Below are positions 25,973 to 32,000 of a DNA stretch of 32,000 bases, one piece after another. The stretch is from NCBI GenBank assembly GCA_964482215.1, contig CAYZWO010000004.1, positions 52,270-84,269 on the forward strand. Direction: 5' to 3'. The translations under genes were made by a program, and so were the position numbers. This stretch comes from an uncultured bacterium. Lineage in GTDB: Bacteria; Cyanobacteriota; Cyanobacteriia; Cyanobacteriales; Microcystaceae. The first letter of the stretch is position 1, and each line of letters begins with the position of its first letter. The notes under the pieces were generated by a model, which saw nothing but the letters and a program-made list of their open reading frames with translations, searched no databases and had not been told where the DNA came from.

Positions 25973-26085
25973 GGTGTTGCTTAATCAAGATATGAATGCT
26001 GATTTTGCACATATCTGAAAGTTAGTTTGAGTCTGGATCGTAAAAATGACATCAAAAAAGATTCATATTTAAAGTCAGCAACGCC
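25973..26085 (-). mobile_element. 113-bp MITE-like element, copy B (inverted relative to copy A)
   Basis: Its reverse complement is 112/113 identical to 16168-16280. It is intergenic, between the TM2-domain gene and the 3' end of dnaN. Confidence 0.7.
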
Positions 26086-26234
26086 ATCATAATGCGTTCT
26101 ATGTCGTAAGTTTTAAGCATATTGATTTTATAAGTAACTCCACTAGCCAAAAAAGAAAAAAAGAGGAGATATTAACCAACTCCCCCGCTTTTTTCTTAGA
26201 ATGATAGCACTTAGAATTTTTAGTAAGCTTTGTC

Positions 26235-27407
26235 TTATCGAACAATTTGTACAGGCATGACTAGATAGGTCATCTTTAACCCGCCCAAAGGAGTAAAAAT
26301 AACAGGTTGATTGCCTTCGTTTAACTGCATTTGAATGTCGCTACTAGGTAGAGCACGTAAACCATCCATTAAATACTTAACATTAAAGGCAATATCGCCA
26401 CTATCACCCGTCATACTAATTGATAAGGATTCACGAGCATTTCCTAAATCCTGAGCTTCAACAGATAAGGTTAACTGATTATCATTAGAATCTAAAGAAA
26501 ATTTGACTAAATTATTCTTTTGATCTGCTAAAACCGAAACTCTTTCCAAGCCACTCAGTAATTGTTTGCGCTCCATTGTTACGGTGCGGCTAAACTGGCG
26601 GGGGATAAGTTGTTGATATGCGGGATAGGCTCCATCAAGTTTGCGACTGGTTAAGCGTTGATCGCCCAATTCAAAAATCACTTGGGTTTCATCAACACAA
26701 AGCGAAACCAGATCGCTATCTTGGCGAGCAGATAAAACCCGTTCCAATTCCCGTAAGGCTCTAGCAGGAATGGTGACGGAAAAATCCTCTAAATTGCTGA
26801 CTTGAACGGCTTCTTCTCCTTCTTCTGTTTCGACTTGGGTGGGGGCTTCAACGACGGCTAAACGATGGCCATCGGTTGCGGCAAACTCTAAGCTATCGGC
26901 TGAACCTTTTAAATGAATTCCCGTTAAAACTTGCTTGGTTTCGTCGGTACTAGAGGCAAATAGGGTTCCGCGTAATCCTTCATTTAAGGCTCCAACAGGT
27001 AACATCAGGGGCGTTGTCTCATCAACGGTAGGTAATTCGGGATATTCATCGGCGGTCAGCCCTCGGATTTGGAAACGTCCAGAGGCTGAGGTTAAGGTGG
27101 CTAAAACACTTTCGCTTTCTTCGTTTTCTTCGTCGATGGTTAAGGTTAATTCACCGTCGGGGAGTTTGGAGACAATATCACTTAATAATTTGGCAGGAAG
27201 GGTGATTTTGCCTCCTTGCGGAACATCGGCAACAAAGCTGGTATGAATTCCTAAGCTCAAATCAAATCCTGTTAAGCTCACGCGCCCTTTTTCATCAGCA
27301 ACTAACAGTACATTGCCCAAGACGGGATGGGTTGGACGGGAGGGAACAGCGCGACTGACGAGGGATAAATTGCTGTTGAAATCGCTTTGACTACAAATAA
27401 ATTTCAT
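26235..27407 (-). CDS. dnaN: DNA polymerase III beta sliding clamp
   Basis: 390 aa. MKFICSQSDFNSNLSLVSRAV... and a collinear three-domain clamp ending ...MTYLVMPVQIV. Confidence 0.93.
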   Translation of the reverse strand: MKFICSQSDFNSNLSLVSRAVPSRPTHPVLGNVLLVADEKGRVSLTGFDLSLGIHTSFVADVPQGGKITLPAKLLSDIVSKLPDGELTLTIDEENEESESVLATLTSASGRFQIRGLTADEYPELPTVDETTPLMLPVGALNEGLRGTLFASSTDETKQVLTGIHLKGSADSLEFAATDGHRLAVVEAPTQVETEEGEEAVQVSNLEDFSVTIPARALRELERVLSARQDSDLVSLCVDETQVIFELGDQRLTSRKLDGAYPAYQQLIPRQFSRTVTMERKQLLSGLERVSVLADQKNNLVKFSLDSNDNQLTLSVEAQDLGNARESLSISMTGDSGDIAFNVKYLMDGLRALPSSDIQMQLNEGNQPVIFTPLGGLKMTYLVMPVQIVR

Positions 27408-27503
27408 GACTCGTTAACAGGGTGCTAGTGGAGCAGATCGATTGTACGCTTGATTGGGGTTCTTTGTTGAGAGATTTAATCTAGAATTTTAAATCCCCTT
27501 GCC

Positions 27504-27652
27504 TGTGGAAAACTTGTGGAAATTTGTCGAAAAAAAGTTAGGTAATCCGCATTTGTGATAGGACGATTAGGTGATAAATTCGACGGATAGGAAACTTTTT
27601 TCCGCATTTTTTGTCAATGCTCTATTGACTCATGACAGGATAGTTTTCCACA
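27504..27652. promoter_or_regulatory. DnaA-box cluster upstream of dnaN: probable oriC / dnaN control region
   Basis: There are two perfect cyanobacterial-type boxes (TTTTCCACA): 27504-27512 on the minus strand and 27644-27652 on the plus strand. There are also three one-mismatch boxes at 27515-27523 (ATTTCCACA), 27525-27533 (TTTTCGACA) and 27598-27606 (TTTTCCGCA). The first three boxes are spaced 10-11 bp apart. An AT-rich stretch lies at 27690-27720. Confidence 0.55.
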
Positions 27653-27775
27653 GGTGCGGTCTAAATCGCAGAAATTTAGGAAAGAGTGGGTAATTAAATT
27701 TTTAGAATTGTTGACAAAAACGCGATCGCCGCAAGTTGAGACTAAGGTATTAAGAAGGCGTTTTAAACAATAGGC

Positions 27776-28258
27776 CTAGTCTGAGGGATCACAGCGAATT
27801 TCAATAATAAAGCCATCGGGATCGTAAAAGTAAATGCCTCTGCCTGTTGGCCGAGTGACGGGCCCGTGATCGATGGGGACTTGGTGAGCTTCTAAAACCG
27901 CGATCGCCGATTCAAAGGCATCAGGACTAATATCGAAAGCCAGATGATTGGCACGGGTAAACCCCTGTTTCGGATCGGGATCAGGAGGTAATAAATCAGG
28001 CTCCCAGAATAGATCAATGATTAAACCATCAGGAGTCATGAAATTGGCCACTTTTCCTTGCTCAACCAAACTTTTCAACGTCGAAGGAACTGCCTCTCCC
28101 GTTAATTCTTTTAAGCCCAAAATTTGCCCATAAAAATGACGAGAACGCTCCATATCTTTGACATTAAAGGCGATATGATGCACTTTTGTTAGCCTGCCAA
28201 ATTCTAGGCTGGGGAGAGCAGTATTCATCGTGTAATCCTGTGGAGACGATATTTCCAT
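27776..28258 (-). CDS. VOC-family (glyoxalase/bleomycin-resistance/dioxygenase fold) protein
   Basis: HHIAFNVKDMERSRHFYGQILGL... and ...NHLAFDI...GRGIYFYDPDGFIIEI are the paired beta-alpha-beta-beta-beta modules of the VOC fold. The start could be the internal MNTAL. Confidence 0.7.
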   Translation of the reverse strand: MEISSPQDYTMNTALPSLEFGRLTKVHHIAFNVKDMERSRHFYGQILGLKELTGEAVPSTLKSLVEQGKVANFMTPDGLIIDLFWEPDLLPPDPDPKQGFTRANHLAFDISPDAFESAIAVLEAHQVPIDHGPVTRPTGRGIYFYDPDGFIIEIRCDPSD

Positions 28259-28303
28259 GCTAAAAGAATTCCTGAGTTTTTCAAGGGAGATTCTGACCCA
28301 GGT

Positions 28304-28873
28304 TTAGTTATTTTCGTTGCCGTTGGAGAAAGCTTCCTCCTGATTTTTGAGGACAGTAGGAATGGCATTAAGAATTTTGTCGGCGATCGCGTCTGGGGTT
28401 TCTTGAGCCTCGATGAGAATATGGAGATCAGCCTCTTGATACAAAGCTTTTCGTTCGGTTAATAAGGTTGTTAACTTGTGGGGCAACTCATCGGTTTTTA
28501 ACAAAGGACGGGTATCATCTGCTGCTAAACGTTCTACCAGTAAATCAACAGGCGCATCTAACCAAATCGTTAGTCCATCCCGTAAGTAGCTCCAATTCAA
28601 CTGCCGCAGGACAATTCCCCCACCCGTTGCAATCACACTGCGACCGTAGGCTGATAAGTGATTTAAAACCTGACTTTCCAAATCCCGAAAGTAGGTTTCC
28701 CCTTCTTCAGCAAACAAATCATTAATACTTTTTTGGGCTACCCGTTCGATCAGAACATCTGTATCAAAAAAACGATAGCTTAATTTTCGGGCTAATACTT
28801 GGCCAACCGTTGTTTTTCCTGTCCCCATCATACCGATGAGATAAATATTCAAGCCCTGTAATTGATCGCTCAT
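28304..28873 (-). CDS. aroK: Shikimate kinase
   Basis: P-loop IGMMGTGKTTVG, the FFDTD shikimate-binding motif, and GGG..L. Confidence 0.9.
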   Translation of the reverse strand: MSDQLQGLNIYLIGMMGTGKTTVGQVLARKLSYRFFDTDVLIERVAQKSINDLFAEEGETYFRDLESQVLNHLSAYGRSVIATGGGIVLRQLNWSYLRDGLTIWLDAPVDLLVERLAADDTRPLLKTDELPHKLTTLLTERKALYQEADLHILIEAQETPDAIADKILNAIPTVLKNQEEAFSNGNENN

Positions 28874-29048
28874 AATTTTTTACATTAATTAGCTTCAATA
28901 GCGAATAAGCTGAACCCTAGCATTTTAGGGATTAAACTTTCGTTGAGTCCTTTCAAAAATATCTGAAGCCGTCACCCATTGTCTAGACAAAACGGCGATC
29001 GCGCTGCATAACAATATAAAAGAGAGAATTTGTGCAAAAAAACAAGTA

Positions 29049-29597
29049 ATGAATAATCCAGCTAACTTAACCGATCATCAACTATTCTTACAACAACTCT
29101 GGGAAGAGCATGTACGTTACGAATTTGCGACCCAGGATACCGAAGATACCCTAGCAACAATGGTTGAAGATGCCTATGTTAATCATATTCCTGTGATGAC
29201 AGGAGGAGTTGGAAAGGATGAACTACGAAAATTTTATGCTAAGCATTTCATTACCCAAATGCCCCCTGATACTGAAATGATACCGATTTCGCGAACCATT
29301 GGCACCGATCAACTGGTCGATGAAATGGTGTTTAAATTCACGCATACGGTGAAAATGGATTGGATGTTACCTGGCATTGAACCGACAGGAAAACCAGTGG
29401 AAATTCCCTTAGTTGCCATTATTCGATTTAAAGATGGAAAATTAGCCCATGAACATATTTACTGGGATCAAGCGTCTGTGTTAGTTCAATTAGGATTACT
29501 TGACTCGACCAATCTCCCCGTTATTGGCGTAGAAACTGCCCATAAAGCCCTTGATCCCACCTTACCAGCTAATCAATTGATCAATCGTATTGCTTAA
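29049..29597 (+). CDS. NTF2-like / SnoaL-like (putative ester cyclase) family protein
   Basis: 182 aa. The pattern of a helical N-terminus followed by a curved beta-sheet segment (…RFKDGKLAHEHIYWDQASVLVQLGLL) resembles SnoaL-like proteins. The call is by eye. Confidence 0.5.
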   Translation: MNNPANLTDHQLFLQQLWEEHVRYEFATQDTEDTLATMVEDAYVNHIPVMTGGVGKDELRKFYAKHFITQMPPDTEMIPISRTIGTDQLVDEMVFKFTHTVKMDWMLPGIEPTGKPVEIPLVAIIRFKDGKLAHEHIYWDQASVLVQLGLLDSTNLPVIGVETAHKALDPTLPANQLINRIA

Positions 29598-29803
29598 AAT
29601 TGATGGCTTTTTATGAGCAAAAATTAAGCTTTTTAAAGTTACTTTAACAAAAAGCAAGGCAATTTTTATAGAACCCTAAAAAGCAATCCACTATCTTAAA
29701 TAAAAGTCCGTAAATATAACCATCTTTCCTTAATTATTTTTAACTAGGGAGATAAATTTTAGCGACTAAAATAGAAAATATCATTTCTTGAGGCCTCCTC
29801 GCT

Positions 29804-30217
29804 ATGCCTACAGTTGCTGCGAAAAAAAAGATTTTAGTAGTTGATGATTCTCCGATTATGAGTTTGGTAATCGGTAATATTGTCACAGAAGATCCGATGT
29901 TACAAGTTGCAGAATATGCGTCCGATGGATTAGAAGCCTTAGCCAAAGTCGGTACGATTAAACCCGATTTGATTATTTTAGATTTATCAATGCCGAAAAT
30001 GGATGGTGTGGAGTTTATGAAGCAAGTCCGTTTTAAAAGCACGGCCAAAGTAGTGGTAGTTACCGCAGAAGATCCAGGTTCTCCTAAAGTTGCTCAAGCA
30101 AAAGCATTGGGAGTTGATGAAGTCATCTTTAAACCGTCAGGATCAGTTTCGGCTGATTTAAAAGCAAAAAGAAGCCAAGAAATTCGAGATTCTATTCACC
30201 GAATTTTGAAAATATAA
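29804..30217 (+). CDS. Single-domain CheY-like response regulator
   Basis: KKILVVDDS...DLIILDLSMPKMDG...VVVVTA...KP receiver motifs, with no output domain. Confidence 0.85.
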   Translation: MPTVAAKKKILVVDDSPIMSLVIGNIVTEDPMLQVAEYASDGLEALAKVGTIKPDLIILDLSMPKMDGVEFMKQVRFKSTAKVVVVTAEDPGSPKVAQAKALGVDEVIFKPSGSVSADLKAKRSQEIRDSIHRILKI

Positions 30218-30284
30218 CGAGTTATAAAGGCTACAATTTCTATTTATTCGGTTATCCTTGAGATGATGGATTAAAGTTAACGCT

Positions 30285-30473
30285 TTAGTTCACATCTTTT
30301 TTGTTATCTTTGTTGATAATTGTTACGCGAGTCGTCAGAACTAATAAAGCTGCAATTGTCGCGATCGCGATTAATAACTCCGTTAAAGATTGGGTAAATA
30401 AAAGTTTGATTAATAAAATGCCTTCAATGGTTGTTAAAGTAATAAAAATAGCCCACCATTTTTTTGATGTCAT
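30285..30473 (-). CDS. Small two-TM membrane protein (hypothetical)
   Basis: 62 aa, ATG start, two hydrophobic helices with basic termini. Preferred over the antisense TTG-initiated ORF at 30301-30498. Confidence 0.35.
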   Translation of the reverse strand: MTSKKWWAIFITLTTIEGILLIKLLFTQSLTELLIAIATIAALLVLTTRVTIINKDNKKDVN

Positions 30474-30656
30474 ATCACATTCTTTTCGATTAGATTGATT
30501 CTGATTTTAAGCTTGATAATCCAGAGAATTACTGATAATTTTCAACAGACAAAGCCTCGCGATCGCAAGATTCCGTAAAAATCCGCTTGCTGACTCCCTA
30601 CTAAGGCATTCTATGCTATACCACAGTCAACAGTAATAGCATTCTAGGGGATAATT

Positions 30657-32000
30657 ATGGCTCAACCAACAGCGATGGAGCAGGAAATGTTGGAATTATT
30701 GAATCGTTTTCGACTCAATCCTGCGGCCGAATTATCGTTATTACTGAATACGACTGACCCTGATATTCTGAGTGCTTTAAGTTATTTCAAGGTCAATATC
30801 ACCGAATTAACCAATCAGTGGTCAACGCTGGTAGCGGCGCAACCTCTTGCCTGGTCAAGTACGTTAAATGATGCAGCCAAGACGCACAATAATTTAATGA
30901 TTAGTTTTGACCAGCAATCCCATCAGTTACCAGGGGAAGCGGGTTTAGGAAGTCGGATCGCCAATGCAGGCTATACGAATTGGACGAGTGCTGGCGAAAA
31001 TGTCTATGCTTATGCAAAATCGGTTCTCCATGCCCATGCAGGGTTTGCAATTGATTGGGGTAATAGTCCTACAGGAATTCAAACCCCAGCCGGCCATCGC
31101 AACAGCATGATGAATAATAGTTTTCGGGAAGTAGGGTTATCCATTACACCAGAAAATAATCCATCGACCAGTGTGGGCCCGCTTGTTGTTACTCAGGATT
31201 TTGGCAATCGTCAGGCATTAACGAATAAAGGCTATATTCTTGGGGTAGCCTATCGGGATTTAGACCGAGATAATTTTTATGATGCGGGAGAAGGGTTAGG
31301 GGATGTCCAAATCAATGTAACGCGCTTAAACACAACAACTCCCTTAAGCCAAAACTTTAATACGATGGATGCGGGAGGCTATCAAACCTTACTCGATCCG
31401 GGTTCCTATTTAGTCCGTTTTTTCCGTGAAGGCGTTTTACAGCAAGCCAACGTGATGGCGATTAACGCGACAAATGCTCGCAATGTTAAGTTAGACCTCA
31501 AAATTGCAACAACGGCTCCCGGTTCAGGATTAGGGCAAATTACGGGAGTCATCTTTAATGATTTAAATGGCAATGGAGTGTTGGATCAATGGGAACCTGT
31601 TCAGCAAAATTGGCGAGTTTTTCTCGATACCAACAACAATAAAATTTGGGATACTGGCGAAGTTTCTGTTTTGACCAATGCTAATGGGGAGTATGTGTTT
31701 AATAATCTGGCACCAGGAACTTACACCGTTGCAGAGGTTCTACAGTCGGGATGGCAACAATCCTTTCCTAATCCCACGAATCCTGTGGGTTTTGAGACTT
31801 ATCGCTTAGATGATGGTAATAGTAATGGGGGAATAGGCTATATAACTGGCGATACCTTGGTTTTTAATGCTTTTACTGCTAAATCCGCCTCAGAAGTTAT
31901 TAACTCTATTTCAGTCGGTTTATCCAGTTTTGGCAATCCTAAAGCCGTTTATCTGTATCGAGATTTAAATGCGAATAATAAACCCGAAAGCAGTGAAAAA
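30657..32000 (+). CDS. CAP (SCP/PR-1-like) domain protein followed by SdrD-B/Cna-B-like repeats; 3' end outside the window
   Basis: Not in the ORF track because it has no stop codon. I translated the frame from ATG 30657 and found it open for all 448 codons to the window end. The CAP motif is GHRNSMMNNSFREVGLSI. SdrD-B-like modules are DRDNFYDAGEGLGDV... and GVIFNDLNGNGVLDQWE...ANGEYVFNNLAPGTYTVAEVLQSGWQQSFP. Confidence 0.8.
   Translation, partial: MAQPTAMEQEMLELLNRFRLNPAAELSLLLNTTDPDILSALSYFKVNITELTNQWSTLVAAQPLAWSSTLNDAAKTHNNLMISFDQQSHQLPGEAGLGSRIANAGYTNWTSAGENVYAYAKSVLHAHAGFAIDWGNSPTGIQTPAGHRNSMMNNSFREVGLSITPENNPSTSVGPLVVTQDFGNRQALTNKGYILGVAYRDLDRDNFYDAGEGLGDVQINVTRLNTTTPLSQNFNTMDAGGYQTLLDPGSYLVRFFREGVLQQANVMAINATNARNVKLDLKIATTAPGSGLGQITGVIFNDLNGNGVLDQWEPVQQNWRVFLDTNNNKIWDTGEVSVLTNANGEYVFNNLAPGTYTVAEVLQSGWQQSFPNPTNPVGFETYRLDDGNSNGGIGYITGDTLVFNAFTAKSASEVINSISVGLSSFGNPKAVYLYRDLNANNKPESSEK

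Noticed and set aside
16168-26085. The inverted-repeat pair as the ends of a composite transposon or genomic island
   Set aside because: The interior contains only core genes (mutL, proC, sepF, pipX/Y, ldpA, ycf45), has host-like composition and many HIP1 sites, and has no transposase or integrase.
26935-30048. Shadow ORFs 26935-27246(+), 27948-28133(+), 28468-28725(+) and 29740-30048(-)
   Set aside because: They are antisense to dnaN, the VOC gene, aroK and the response regulator respectively, all of which have clear family motifs.
30301-30498. Plus-strand 65-aa ORF antisense to the small membrane-protein ORF
   Set aside because: It is TTG-initiated with a less protein-like sequence. The minus-strand ORF has an ATG and two clean TM helices, though it is itself only weakly supported.
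1-32000. Search for CRISPR arrays, rRNA genes, retron/DGR-like repeat pairs, toxin-antitoxin pairs or known defence operons
   Set aside because: I found no regularly spaced direct repeats, no rRNA-like conserved blocks, no reverse transcriptase, and no small adjacent gene pairs with TA-like features. The window is dominated by housekeeping genes.

Overview
Chromosomal window from a cyanobacterium. By eye there are about 30 copies of the HIP1 octamer GCGATCGC, and the gene content fits: ndhL, pipX-pipY-sepF-proC, ycf45/ycf46/Ycf35-type genes, ldpA. I count about 34 credible protein-coding genes, nearly all core housekeeping. They include a 5'-truncated GAF/hybrid histidine kinase, a small-protein/Ycf46 AAA+/DUF1257 trio, lnt, rplU-rpmA, ndhL, yceD, yajQ, an ABC exporter, a mannose-1-P guanylyltransferase, hpt, a Uma2 nuclease, mutL, proC, sepF, pipY, pipX, ldpA, ycf45, dnaN with an upstream DnaA-box cluster (probable oriC), and aroK. 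A 3'-truncated CAP/SdrD-like protein is missing from the ORF track because it runs off the window. I found no rRNA, tRNA, CRISPR array, transposase, integrase or recognisable defence operon. Four things stand out. (1) A 113-bp element occurs twice, 112/113 identical and in inverted orientation (16168-16280 and 25973-26085). The two copies bracket 9.7 kb of core genes, and copy A sits exactly on the Uma2/mutL junction. (2) A G/C-tract hairpin repeat occurs once downstream of the kinase and once in-frame inside lnt. (3) A ~1 kb AT-rich islet between lnt and rpmA carries a free-standing GIY-YIG protein. (4) The Ycf46 cluster is conserved but mechanistically unresolved. I do not see convincing evidence for a wholly new multi-gene system here; these four items are the best leads and are scored accordingly.
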